Virus record (IMG/VR): IMGVR_UViG_3300006805_000023
Length of the DNA stretch: 64,000 bases
Reading direction: 5' to 3' (one strand)
Origin: a virus
Lineage: Duplodnaviria; Caudoviricetes
A model generated the notes under the pieces. It was not told where the DNA came from. It was given only the letters and a program-made list of their open reading frames with translations, and searched no databases. Shown piece after piece: positions 17,905-27,663 of this stretch (position 1 is its first letter; each line of letters begins with the position of its first letter). The position numbers and the translations under genes were made by a program.

Positions 17905-20301
17905 ATGTCCACTCTGATCACCGACCTCACCCAGCGCGACTACGACGCACATGTCCTAGCCCTGATCGCACGCGCTCGGGAAACCTCACCCGGACTCTGG
18001 AACTCGTGGTTTGAGGGCGACCTTGGCAAAGTCTTGGTTGACCTGATCGCGTGGGACAACAACGTGCTCGGTCTGATCGCCGATCAGCAGGTGCGCGAAG
18101 TGTCAGTTGACACCCTGCGTTTGCGTGAGTCGATCCTCCATCACGTGAGGCTCCACGGCTACTACGTTCGCCGCAACACTCCGGCTTCTCTGCGCGTCCA
18201 GGTTCTCGCCAGTTCAGCGCCAACTGCCCCAGACGTCCTACGCATCCGCAGCGGCCAGCGTGTCAATGCTGCAGACGGGAGCGTTTGGGAAGTGTCATCC
18301 GACTTCACGGTCAACTCAGGTGAGCTCTATCCGCGCACCGTGGTAACGTCTTACGGGGAAATCGTGGTTCCCTCAGTCAACTCCGCTGGCGCTCAAGTCA
18401 ACACGACCGCTCTGGTCTGCGTCCGCAAGGGTGAGTCATTCGCCACGCTGGTCGATCTGGAGCGCAATCGCCTCCCCAGCGACACCGGATTCGGCCCCAA
18501 GGTCGCTGCTGGCATGGTGCTGCGTCTCACTTCCCAGCTGCTGGGCTCGGCGTTCGGCGACGGCCCCGACATCACCAGAGATGAATACGCGGTTCTGTCG
18601 GTCGGCGGTTTGCCAGGCGACCGGGCTACCGGCTCAGTGCTCTACCTTGACCGTCCGTGGGACTTGGATGACTGGGTCGGCAAGTGGTCCATCGAAGACC
18701 GCACCATCGTGATCTCAAACGCTGAGACGATTGTGGAGACCTTCACGCTGGACACCGACCCATCACTCAGGGTGAGTGCTGCCATCCAGGGCTCGTTCGG
18801 ACCGATCGTTGACTCGGGGGTCGAGGCCTTCAAGCGAGCTGGTGTGCTGGGCGCTACCCTGGAGGCCGCCTTCAACGGCTCCGGAATCAGTGTGTTGGTC
18901 AATGGTGTGTTGTGGGACGAGACGGCCTCCCTGCTGCTCGAAGGCTCGGCTGCTCAGGTTTATCAGGTGGACTTCGATCAAGACGACAAGGTCACGATCA
19001 CGTTCGGCGACGGCGTGCGCGGTGCTGTTCCTCCAGCTGGCACCGTCACGATTCAGTACCGGGTCGGTGGTGGCGTCAGAGGCAACATCACGCCAGGCAA
19101 CTTCCAAGGGGTCGTCACCGCATCCTCCTCCTCGCCGCTGTCCAATCAGGGCGTGTCCCTGACGCTTGCCAACCCCTACACGTTCGGCAACGGTGGGCAG
19201 GAGCGCGAGGGACTGGAAGCCATCAAAGCCAACCTGCGCAACTTCATCCGGGCCAACGACCGTGGGGTGTCGGATGAGGACTACGAGTCTCTGGCTGGCA
19301 ACTTCACATCTGGCGGAGGCAGGATCGCCCTGGCTCGTGCCGTTCGCCGCACCAACACAGTGCCTAGGGAGCAAAACCTGATCTGGGTGCACGCCTGGGT
19401 TAAGGGTCCGGGTGGAGCGCTGATCGCCCCTGATCTGCAGCTCAAGACCGCCCTACTTGAATACCTCAATCGCCGCAAGATGGGGACTGACGAGGTTGTG
19501 ATCGTGGATGGCCAGACAGTGCCAGTCCCGTTGATCCTGCGTTACCGCTACCGCAAGGGAGTGCCTCTTTGGGAGGCTAAGGAGGCTGTGGACGGCGCTG
19601 TTGCGACGGTCATGGAAGCACAGCTCCCCGGCAGAGACCTCGATTTGTCCGACCTCTATCTGGCAGTACGCAAGCTCAACGTCATCGAGTCCGTGGTGTT
19701 CGACCACCCGGCTGCCATCCTTGAAGCCGGACCGGATACTCTGTTCGGCAACTCCGTGGTGCGCGGCGTCATGACTCAGCTGTCGTCCCCGGCTCGCTTG
19801 GGTGACAGCTCCATCGTGGTGGCTGACTACTCGATCTTCGGAGCCGGTCAGACCGTCATGATCTACGAGGCCAACAAGACCCCAACGGTTGCCGTGGTTG
19901 ACCAGGCCGCGTCTGGCGTGGTGAGCTTCCGGAGTGGCGTTTGTCAGGCCGAATACACGAACGCAGCCGAGGTGTACAACACCCCCTACGCAGCCTACGG
20001 GTGGAACTCAGAGCGCCCCGTCACGGTGTTCGTCCGTTACTCCTCGAACCTTGAGCCAGGAATGCTCGACCAGCCCATCAGGTTCGCTCTGGAGACCTAC
20101 TTCAACCGCAGGCTTCGCCCCGGCAAGTCGCTCCGCCGGTCCGTTCTGGAGCAACTCGTGGCACAGATTTCCGGGATCTCCGCCGTGTCGGTGTTCCTGA
20201 ACCGCTACGACTCGCAGGTCGAGGAGGTCACAGTCACCACCGACGAGCAGGTAGTTATGGCGGGGCTCGTCGTCAACGGGGTCTCGCTCCAGGCAACTTG
20301 A
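17905..20301 (+). CDS. Baseplate wedge protein (T4 gp6/BplJ-like)
   Basis: DLTQRDYD N-terminus, YQVDFD...ITFGDGVRG, GGQEREGLEAIK, RGVSDEDYE. Confidence 0.88.
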   Translation: MSTLITDLTQRDYDAHVLALIARARETSPGLWNSWFEGDLGKVLVDLIAWDNNVLGLIADQQVREVSVDTLRLRESILHHVRLHGYYVRRNTPASLRVQVLASSAPTAPDVLRIRSGQRVNAADGSVWEVSSDFTVNSGELYPRTVVTSYGEIVVPSVNSAGAQVNTTALVCVRKGESFATLVDLERNRLPSDTGFGPKVAAGMVLRLTSQLLGSAFGDGPDITRDEYAVLSVGGLPGDRATGSVLYLDRPWDLDDWVGKWSIEDRTIVISNAETIVETFTLDTDPSLRVSAAIQGSFGPIVDSGVEAFKRAGVLGATLEAAFNGSGISVLVNGVLWDETASLLLEGSAAQVYQVDFDQDDKVTITFGDGVRGAVPPAGTVTIQYRVGGGVRGNITPGNFQGVVTASSSSPLSNQGVSLTLANPYTFGNGGQEREGLEAIKANLRNFIRANDRGVSDEDYESLAGNFTSGGGRIALARAVRRTNTVPREQNLIWVHAWVKGPGGALIAPDLQLKTALLEYLNRRKMGTDEVVIVDGQTVPVPLILRYRYRKGVPLWEAKEAVDGAVATVMEAQLPGRDLDLSDLYLAVRKLNVIESVVFDHPAAILEAGPDTLFGNSVVRGVMTQLSSPARLGDSSIVVADYSIFGAGQTVMIYEANKTPTVAVVDQAASGVVSFRSGVCQAEYTNAAEVYNTPYAAYGWNSERPVTVFVRYSSNLEPGMLDQPIRFALETYFNRRLRPGKSLRRSVLEQLVAQISGISAVSVFLNRYDSQVEEVTVTTDEQVVMAGLVVNGVSLQAT

Positions 20302-20326
20302 CAAAATCGCTAGCCCAGTTTATTTT
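20298..20326 (+). promoter_or_regulatory. Sigma70-type promoter, leaderless geometry
   Basis: TTGACA-17-TATTTT-5nt-ATG 20332. Confidence 0.75.
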
Positions 20327-20331
20327 ACGAG

Positions 20332-21048
20332 ATGAGACTCCCAGACTTCGCCGAATCGCTCAAACAGAAGATCGACGCCATGGCACTGCCTGGCTGGGCC
20401 TATTCGGTGAGGTTCGACTCCAACCTGATGGACTCGGTGCACGTCCGGTTTGCCGATCAACCCAAGGAGAAGTGGCCCAACGGCATCTGGCATAACGCCA
20501 ACGGTTTCCTGCTCATGATTGATGAGCGAGGCAGGCAGCGCGAGGTCGGCAGAGGCCCCTACCAGATGATCGTCAGCACCATTTCCGGACTGCCCAGAAT
20601 GATCGGCAAGTCAGGCACCCTCGAACAGATCGAAAAACACATCATGAGCTACCTTAATCGCCTCAAAACTCCTCCCGCCCCAAAGCCAGTCATCACCCCG
20701 GACAAAGTGGTCGAGTCCCTGCTGGAAAGCAACGGCGTCGCCTCGTTGGATGATGAGGCAGCAGACAACATTGACGACTATTCCGTGCTGGCTTTCACGA
20801 CCAGTCCGGAGCAGACTCAGGCGGCCAAGTTGAAGGCTAAGGAACTCGGCATTGAGGCCGAGCCGTTGCAGGACCTGTTGCGTCACACCAGGAGAGAGTT
20901 CTGGAATCACATCCCGGATGAGGTGAAGACAAACAGAGAAGCGGTTCGTCTGTGCTGGACCCCAGTTTTGGGAGGTGAAGCCCTGGAACTTGAAGACGCC
21001 CTGAGAGGAATGAACATCTTCGCCGAAACCGAGTCCGTCCTCGACTAG
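20332..21048 (+). CDS. Hypothetical two-domain protein with internal PDKVVESLLES motif
   Basis: ORF track. Confidence 0.75.
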   Translation: MRLPDFAESLKQKIDAMALPGWAYSVRFDSNLMDSVHVRFADQPKEKWPNGIWHNANGFLLMIDERGRQREVGRGPYQMIVSTISGLPRMIGKSGTLEQIEKHIMSYLNRLKTPPAPKPVITPDKVVESLLESNGVASLDDEAADNIDDYSVLAFTTSPEQTQAAKLKAKELGIEAEPLQDLLRHTRREFWNHIPDEVKTNREAVRLCWTPVLGGEALELEDALRGMNIFAETESVLD

Positions 21049-21068
21049 CCATCTGATTTCTCGATTTG

Positions 21069-22508
21069 ATGACACAAGGAGCAGTCTTCTTCACGTGCGG
21101 GTCTAGCCATTGCGAGCGCCTGCTGGTAGCCATTCATTCACTTCGTCTGCAGCACCCGCTGCTGCCGATCGCCGTAATGGCGCTGGACGACGGCAAGGCC
21201 CCTGCAGGGTTCTTCGATCACCTGCAGCAGGACAACGTGCAGGTGATTATGTTCGACCCGCAACCGGGATACAGTGCGCTGTGCCATAAGATCCGGTCGC
21301 TGCATTACGCCCCGTTCGACATCAACCTCTTCATCGACGCCGATATGGTCATCATGGCTCCGCTCGATGAAGCCTTCAAGGTCGTCTCGGAGTCAAAGAC
21401 TGTAGGCCTCGCCTTCGTGAACTTCGCGAACTGGCGCTCAGACGGCAACTCGATCAGCAAGCGCATCCGGAGGTTTGCTGGGTTGATCGACAGCCACGCG
21501 ATCGAAGCCGCAATCCAGCATGGCCCAGCCATCAACGTGGGTTCGTTCGTGTTCCGTCGTGGTCACCGCTTCCTGCAGGAGTGGGAGGACGGCACCGTGC
21601 TCGGAGCCAGGCACCGCGTGTTCATCCCCGACGAGATCTACGCGCAGGTCTCATTGCCGCAGCTGGTCGCACTCGGCGAGGCTGTGGTACTCGGCCCTGA
21701 ATGGGGTGAGTCGGTCCGTTACCCGGTCTGCAAAGAACCGAAGATCGTCCACTACCACGGCGACAAGCATGATGGCAAGTATCCGCTGTGCGACGTCTGG
21801 CGCAAGATGCGCGACCAGAGCAAGTCCGGCAAGTTCCAGTACGCCGACAACACTTTGGTGGTAGCGGTCGATGCAGCTTACTACAAGACCTTCTCCAAGT
21901 CTCTGGCGAACTGGCGTCAACACAACGTCATGAACGGCCTGCGCACCCTTCTGATCCACGACGGGTCGTTGACTCAGGAGCAGATCGACCAGACCGGTTT
22001 CGAGCGTGCCGTGGTATACCAGAACCCACACACCAAGACCCAGCGCGCCCTGATGCTCAACAGCTTCATGTTGTGCGCCCCGTTCGAGGTCGAGACCCCT
22101 TACTGGACCAAGCTCGATGCCGATTGTCAGGTTAGCCCGGAGACGCGCCTGTTTGAGTCCGCAAAATGGCGCGGCTACGACGTGGTGTCACACCGATGGG
22201 GCTACACCAAGCCAGCCGCTTGGGTCCCGACCTTGGAAGCATGGCGCAAGTCCAAAGGCGTCGGCAAGCAGTTCATCCAGGACTGGGAGTTTGACGCGCA
22301 GGCTGAGAATCGCACCTTCAGATCGGCCCGCATCCAGAGCTTTGCGTGCTTCCACAACACCGCCTCATCCAGGGCCATGGCTGCTCCGGCGGTGGCCGAC
22401 GGAGTCCTCCCGGTGCCTTCGCACGACACCTATCTGTGGTTCATGGCCGAGGCTCTCGGCTACAAGATCGAAAGGGTGAACTTGCACAAGTGGGGCTTCC
22501 GCCATTAA
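21069..22508 (+). CDS. Two-domain GT-A glycosyltransferase-like protein
   Basis: NLFIDADMV and TKLDADC DxD motifs; IVHYHG typical of GT8-like folds. Confidence 0.7.
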   Translation: MTQGAVFFTCGSSHCERLLVAIHSLRLQHPLLPIAVMALDDGKAPAGFFDHLQQDNVQVIMFDPQPGYSALCHKIRSLHYAPFDINLFIDADMVIMAPLDEAFKVVSESKTVGLAFVNFANWRSDGNSISKRIRRFAGLIDSHAIEAAIQHGPAINVGSFVFRRGHRFLQEWEDGTVLGARHRVFIPDEIYAQVSLPQLVALGEAVVLGPEWGESVRYPVCKEPKIVHYHGDKHDGKYPLCDVWRKMRDQSKSGKFQYADNTLVVAVDAAYYKTFSKSLANWRQHNVMNGLRTLLIHDGSLTQEQIDQTGFERAVVYQNPHTKTQRALMLNSFMLCAPFEVETPYWTKLDADCQVSPETRLFESAKWRGYDVVSHRWGYTKPAAWVPTLEAWRKSKGVGKQFIQDWEFDAQAENRTFRSARIQSFACFHNTASSRAMAAPAVADGVLPVPSHDTYLWFMAEALGYKIERVNLHKWGFRH

Positions 22509-22512
22509 GTAT
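22506..22512 (+). promoter_or_regulatory. Putative late promoter box TAAGTAT
   Basis: 4 nt upstream of ATG 22517. Confidence 0.5.
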
Positions 22513-22516
22513 CCGG

Positions 22517-22789
22517 ATGCGAACCGCTGACCAGCTCGTTGAAAACCTCCTCAACGAAGAGCCCAAAACCCCGGTGGTGGATTTTAATGACCCAGCCTTG
22601 CACGAGGCTGCAACCGAACATGGTGTTGCCCTGACACAAAGGCACGTCTCTTTGTGGAACAAGGAGGGCAACTTCGCCAAGATCCCGCTTCTGACGTCCC
22701 AGTTACTTGACTGGTTCTCAAACCATCGAAGCGCTGACTATTCGTTCGAGACCTACTTGGCAGAGGATCAGCCCGGAGAAGACGAGTAG
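22517..22789 (+). CDS. Small protein with ADQLVENLLNE N-terminus
   Basis: Start moved to MRTADQLVENLLNE. Confidence 0.7.
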   Translation: MRTADQLVENLLNEEPKTPVVDFNDPALHEAATEHGVALTQRHVSLWNKEGNFAKIPLLTSQLLDWFSNHRSADYSFETYLAEDQPGEDE

Positions 22790-22805
22790 AGTTCTTAGAC
22801 GCTGC

Positions 22806-24701
22806 ATGACGCAGCTCCTCGAACTCGAACTCTTTCAATTCTTCGCCCTTCGGCACGTAACCATACGACTTGACAATCAAGGACGTGTCCTAGTGGTCGG
22901 CCCCAACGGTGCCGGTAAAACCGCGATGCTGATCGAAGGCCCTTATTACGCCCTGTTCGGCCAATCCTTTGAGTACGGGCCGAGACCGGGTGACTCAGTG
23001 GGCAACCGGTTCCACAAGTCCTTCCTGACCCGCATCGACTTTGAGACCGCTGGTCAGACCTACCGGGTGATCCGGACTCAAGGAGTCAAGGAGTGCCAGG
23101 GGCTCAAGCTCAACCGCAACGGCCTGTTCCTGTTCAGGCAGGAGGAGCGCCACCAGAGTCAGTGGGTTGATATGAGTCTGTCCAAGGCGGTTGACACCCA
23201 AGCGGCTATTGACCGGCTGGTAGGGATGACCGCTCTGACCTTCACGAACACCACGACGTTCAGCTCAGACGTGCTGCGGCTGCCTGACTTCCCAGATGCA
23301 GAGAAGAAGCGCATCATCAACGACCTGCTCGGAGTCGGGAGCTGTGACACTGCCCTGAAGACCACCACCAAAATAATCGCCGACATCAACCAAGAGGTCA
23401 CCCTCAAGGAGGCCTTGCATGCTGTCACCAACAACTCGGTGAAGGACGCAGTCAGGCGGGTAGCTTCTCTGGAAGAATCGGCCCTGGAGTGGCAGGAGGA
23501 ACTGGAGCGCAAGGCGCAGGAGTTGGCCACCCGCAAGGAGCGCCTGGCTTCCGACTTGAAGCTCAAGGAGGACTCACTGGCAGCCCTGACCTCAAAGACC
23601 GCCAGCGCCCGACTCTCCATCACAGAGTCCAAAGAGAAAATCATCGTGCACCGTAAGCGAATCAAGCGCTTGTCTGAGCTGTCCGACCAGTCCAAGCTGG
23701 ACAAGCCTGGACTGGGCGACTCTGGCCGGATTCGCCAGAAGCTGGATGCGGCTAAGTCTGGGGCCTGTTCAGAGTGCGGCAAGCCGTTTGACGAGAAACT
23801 GGAGCCAGAGAAGCACGCCAAGCACGTCAAGGGGTTGCTCGATGAACTCGCGGCAGCCGTAGCTAAGGAGAAGCAGGAAATGGCTGACTGGAAGGTCACA
23901 GATGACGCCGTGAACAAGCGCAGGGCCAAAGAGATCTCGGATCTCGACACTGAGGAGTTGAGTCTGGAGTCAGCCAACGAAACGGTTATCAGGCTGGACC
24001 GACAGGTAGCAGAGACTGACGCTCGGATCTTTTCGCTCAAGGAGCAACTGGCGCAGGCCGACGAAGACCCGCCGGAGCAGCAGACCAACCCGCACGAGGC
24101 GCAGCTCAAGAAGGCCACCGAGGAGCTGGAGGAGTACCGCGCAAGTTCCGCCACAACAGCAGAGCAGCTACAGGTCCTCAAGGAACGCTTGTCCAAGGAG
24201 AAGCTGTTCCAGGAGTTGTTCGGCAACCGTGGGTGCCGGGTCAACCGCCTGGATGCTGCCCTGCCCTTCCTGAACGAGAAATGCGCCGAGGTGTCCAAGC
24301 AGCTGCAGACCGGAATCAACACCAGCTTCGTGATCCGTGGTGAGGACGAGTCCTACGCTAACACAGTGGAGGTCGTGGTGGACAACCCAATGGGGGCTGG
24401 TCAGTATCATGGCAACAGCGCTGGTGAGCGCCGTCTGGCCGACCTGATCATTCTGTTTTCGTTGCTCTCCCTTGCCACAGCGAGCCACGGGGCGATCGGT
24501 CAGGCCTTCTTCGACGAGACGTTCGAGAAGCTGTTCCCATCCATCAAGAACAACGTCATGAAGGTCATCGGGGCCGTCAACCAGCAACGCAACTCCGTCT
24601 TCATCATCTCGCACGTAACCGAGGGACTGAGCCTGGAGCTGATCGACCAGATCTGGTCGGTAGCGAACGGGGAGATTGAGGTGGAAGACAGGCGAGGCTA
24701 G
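22806..24701 (+). CDS. SbcC/Rad50/gp46-like recombination ATPase
   Basis: Walker A GPNGAGKT, coiled coil with CSECG zinc hook, signature SAGERR, Walker B FFDE. Confidence 0.9.
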   Translation: MTQLLELELFQFFALRHVTIRLDNQGRVLVVGPNGAGKTAMLIEGPYYALFGQSFEYGPRPGDSVGNRFHKSFLTRIDFETAGQTYRVIRTQGVKECQGLKLNRNGLFLFRQEERHQSQWVDMSLSKAVDTQAAIDRLVGMTALTFTNTTTFSSDVLRLPDFPDAEKKRIINDLLGVGSCDTALKTTTKIIADINQEVTLKEALHAVTNNSVKDAVRRVASLEESALEWQEELERKAQELATRKERLASDLKLKEDSLAALTSKTASARLSITESKEKIIVHRKRIKRLSELSDQSKLDKPGLGDSGRIRQKLDAAKSGACSECGKPFDEKLEPEKHAKHVKGLLDELAAAVAKEKQEMADWKVTDDAVNKRRAKEISDLDTEELSLESANETVIRLDRQVAETDARIFSLKEQLAQADEDPPEQQTNPHEAQLKKATEELEEYRASSATTAEQLQVLKERLSKEKLFQELFGNRGCRVNRLDAALPFLNEKCAEVSKQLQTGINTSFVIRGEDESYANTVEVVVDNPMGAGQYHGNSAGERRLADLIILFSLLSLATASHGAIGQAFFDETFEKLFPSIKNNVMKVIGAVNQQRNSVFIISHVTEGLSLELIDQIWSVANGEIEVEDRRG

Positions 24702-24706
24702 TTTTC

Positions 24707-25594
24707 ATGATGGACCGAAAGATTATCATCGGGGGCCTCCCCCACCACGGCAAGACCACCATAGCAGGCATCATCGCGAGCAGGTTCGGAGTGACCTTCG
24801 CGAACACCTCGGACACCATCTACGAGCAGGTCGCCAAGGACTACGGCAAGACCGTCGAGGAGGTCCACGCGATGGATAAGGAGAAGCTGCGCCCGGAGCT
24901 GATCTTCGTGGGCGACACTCTGTGCAAGGTGCACGGCCTGGCCTATCTGACCCTGAAGCAGCTCGAAAAGCACGACGTGGTGTGCGGCGTCCGCAAGCCG
25001 CAGGAGCTGGCTCTGGTCCGGGCCGCCTATCCCAACTGCCTGTTTCTATGGGTGATCCGCCCCGGCTATCCGACGATCAAGGATAGCACCCAGCTTTCCC
25101 ACAAGGACGCTGATCTGGTGATCATGAACGCGGGATCGGTCTCCGACCTGGAGTCACAGGTAACGTCTGGACTGGTCAACAACAGCCTGGGTCTGAGCCA
25201 CCCCGGCAACAGCTTGTGGAACCTGCTGCACTGGTTCGCCTTCCAGCGTGACTGGAACGCACTGGAGCGCACCAACTTCATGCAGGCCTTTGAAACCCTG
25301 CTGTTCATCACCGGCAAGTCCTGCCCGTGCGCCATCGAGTTCCAGGCGATCAAGAAGGTCCTTCCGCCTCCGGCTGGGCACGACGAGTTCTGGAACTGGA
25401 CTTTGCTGGTGCACGACTGGGTCAACTATAAGCGCGGCGTGCCTACCCACTGGGACTGGACCCAGGGCCATCCAGGGTTCAAGATCCTCAAGGAGGCGTT
25501 CTCATCTGGAACCGCCGAAGGCATCCTGTCCGGCACCTCTGTCCCAACCCAACCAGCAACCGACCTCACTTACTGCGCGCCATGCTCAAAATAA
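24707..25594 (+). CDS. dNMP-kinase-like P-loop domain fused to an Erv1/Alr-like helical domain
   Basis: GGLPHHGKTT...R.EL..VG...VR...E kinase pattern; C-terminal LWNLLHW...CPC..EF...W....HDWVN..RG. Confidence 0.6.
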   Translation: MMDRKIIIGGLPHHGKTTIAGIIASRFGVTFANTSDTIYEQVAKDYGKTVEEVHAMDKEKLRPELIFVGDTLCKVHGLAYLTLKQLEKHDVVCGVRKPQELALVRAAYPNCLFLWVIRPGYPTIKDSTQLSHKDADLVIMNAGSVSDLESQVTSGLVNNSLGLSHPGNSLWNLLHWFAFQRDWNALERTNFMQAFETLLFITGKSCPCAIEFQAIKKVLPPPAGHDEFWNWTLLVHDWVNYKRGVPTHWDWTQGHPGFKILKEAFSSGTAEGILSGTSVPTQPATDLTYCAPCSK

Positions 25595-26355
25595 CAACCA
25601 ACAGCCTCAACCAGGAGCAGCTTAAGGAGCTGTTCGGAAACCACCTCGAAGTGTGCGTGTCAGTCCACAACTTTGAGCGTCGGTGGTGCTGGCAGCTGTC
25701 CAGCCTGCTCGAACAGGGAGCGCCGGTCCTGGTGACGGCAGCCTACATTATGGGCACCGGCACTCCGATGGTGTCAGAGGTGGCCGATTACTTCAACGCG
25801 ATCAACCCTGGTAATCTTTACGTGCGCACCATGATGTACCCGGATCACGAGCGCTTCCAGTTTCGCGGTCTGGTTCGCACCGATCAAGTCAAGGTATCGG
25901 TCGGTAAGCGCCTGCTATTCACGGACGCTGACATGCTGGTACCCCCTGGCTGGTGTGAGGCCGCACTCAACCCTGAGTTCCCGGACCACCTTTGCTTGCA
26001 CACGGGACGGTACTCCACGCTCTTGGACGAGACCAACCGGGTTGTAAATGGTCTGGAGTACCCGGTGCGCGTCGTGAGTGCCTGGGACACAGTGTCCGGA
26101 ATGGAGGCTGTCAGGATGGCCGACATCGGTGCCGGATTCTGCCAGATCATCGGCGGCGACTTCATCCGCGACCGTGGCTACTACGTCAAGGAGGAGGAGA
26201 ACCGCGACGGGCGCTGGGAAAAACGTGCTGTGTATCGCTCAGACAAGCAGTTCCGAGTCTCCACGGGCAAGCAGGCGGTACCACTCCCTTACATGTTCCA
26301 TCTTCAACATGAGCGCGACACCACAGCAGGCTGCCACCTTACCCACCAGCGCTAA
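25582..26355 (+). CDS. GT-A glycosyltransferase-like protein
   Basis: LLFTDADML DxD; AGFCQ, SDKQF, FHLQH. Confidence 0.6.
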   Translation: MLKITTNSLNQEQLKELFGNHLEVCVSVHNFERRWCWQLSSLLEQGAPVLVTAAYIMGTGTPMVSEVADYFNAINPGNLYVRTMMYPDHERFQFRGLVRTDQVKVSVGKRLLFTDADMLVPPGWCEAALNPEFPDHLCLHTGRYSTLLDETNRVVNGLEYPVRVVSAWDTVSGMEAVRMADIGAGFCQIIGGDFIRDRGYYVKEEENRDGRWEKRAVYRSDKQFRVSTGKQAVPLPYMFHLQHERDTTAGCHLTHQR

Positions 26356-26650
26356 GCCGCTGGTCCTAGCCTGGACGGCACCGGCACCCCCGGATTCAAC
26401 CTGCAGCTACGATCACTCCACGGCGGAGACGCTGTTTGGGCGCTTCTTGATAACCTGGAAGGGCTGGAAGATTCTGCCCGAAAATCTGGCGTGGGGTGAG
26501 AGCCCAGGCGATCCTGGATACACGCTTGATGAGACCCCGTGGGGTGAGTTTGAGTGCAGGGGGTGGGACTCCCTAGAAGAAGTCCAGAGGTGGGCGGAGG
26601 ACGAGCTGGAGCGTCGGATGCGGCTCCAGCTCGAAAAGTTCACCGCTTAG
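26309..26650 (+). CDS. Hypothetical protein
   Basis: Start moved to MSATPQQ; overlaps the upstream gene. Confidence 0.55.
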   Translation: MSATPQQAATLPTSAKPLVLAWTAPAPPDSTCSYDHSTAETLFGRFLITWKGWKILPENLAWGESPGDPGYTLDETPWGEFECRGWDSLEEVQRWAEDELERRMRLQLEKFTA

Positions 26651-27663
26651 AGGATCGAGAGCCTGCTGGTTGACAGGTGTTCCATGACGTCCTTGCGATC
26701 CTGATCACACCACCGGCAGTCGGCCATGTTTTGAAACACCAGATCGTGCTCCTTGGCGACGTTGGTACCCAGAAGCACCGGGTTGTCAGAGTTGATGGTG
26801 ACTGGGATCTGCAGGCGTGCTGCCACAACCAGGGCCGTGTTAAGCTCCTGCTTGGAGATGGTCTCAGTCCGCAGGCAGGCCGTCGGGCAGACCTCGAAAG
26901 TGACCTTGCGCAGCCGCTCCATCTCTGGCTCATTCAGCTTGATGTGAGCAAGCGATTTGAGCAGGTCCAGGCCGTGGCCGATCCGCGTAACGCCCCCGAT
27001 GACGTCCAGGACGTTCAGGACGTTCATCCCAGTGTCACGTGCTTCACCGACGTGGTAGGTCAGGAACAGACCCTTTGAGTAGGCTTCGTGGAGGGGAGGC
27101 AGCATGTTCCTGGCAATCCAGTCCTTGTCGCGCTCCTGACCGGTCTCGGTCCCGCAGATGTCGAAGCCGTCGGCACCGGCCTCAATGGCAGCACGCACGG
27201 AGCCCCACAGGACCGAGACCGGTTCACGCCGGTCCGCGCACACGATCAAACGGGTCGAAATCCCGTGGCAGTCACCGGCGTCGCTGAGTCCCTGACGGGC
27301 CGCCCGGATCAGTGGCACCAGCATGTCTGGGCCACGCCGGTAGGGATCGAAGCGCATGTCGATGTGCTGCAGCTTACCGCCGGTCATCAGGTACTGGTGG
27401 ACCACGGCCTCGAAGCATGAGCGCCTCACGGCGTCCGGACCCTGCTGAATGTCCTCCACCATGGCGTGAGGACCGCTCTTACGGCTCAGAAACTCATCAT
27501 GAGTGGTCGTGTTGTGCTTGGTCTTGGTCATCAATTCCTCCAGTTCAATCGAGCTGAGCATGGCCAGCTTGCGCCCGGACCGGTAGGCCAGCTCCCAGAG
27601 GATGTGTGGTGGAGTTGAGCCACCGAGGTGGCAGTGAAAGTCACAGTATTTAGTTTGCTGCAT
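26647..27663 (-). CDS. Adenosine/AMP deaminase family protein
   Basis: DFHCHLGGS, GFDICG, TYHVGE, RIGHG, FEVCPT, INSDNP; start MQQTKY at 27663. Confidence 0.9.
   Translation of the reverse strand: MQQTKYCDFHCHLGGSTPPHILWELAYRSGRKLAMLSSIELEELMTKTKHNTTTHDEFLSRKSGPHAMVEDIQQGPDAVRRSCFEAVVHQYLMTGGKLQHIDMRFDPYRRGPDMLVPLIRAARQGLSDAGDCHGISTRLIVCADRREPVSVLWGSVRAAIEAGADGFDICGTETGQERDKDWIARNMLPPLHEAYSKGLFLTYHVGEARDTGMNVLNVLDVIGGVTRIGHGLDLLKSLAHIKLNEPEMERLRKVTFEVCPTACLRTETISKQELNTALVVAARLQIPVTINSDNPVLLGTNVAKEHDLVFQNMADCRWCDQDRKDVMEHLSTSRLSIL

Noticed and set aside
10161-24701. Wadjet (JetABCD) defence system from the Toprim and SMC-like genes
   Set aside because: The genes are 12 kb apart, no JetA/JetB are present, and the ATPase has a Rad50-type zinc hook.
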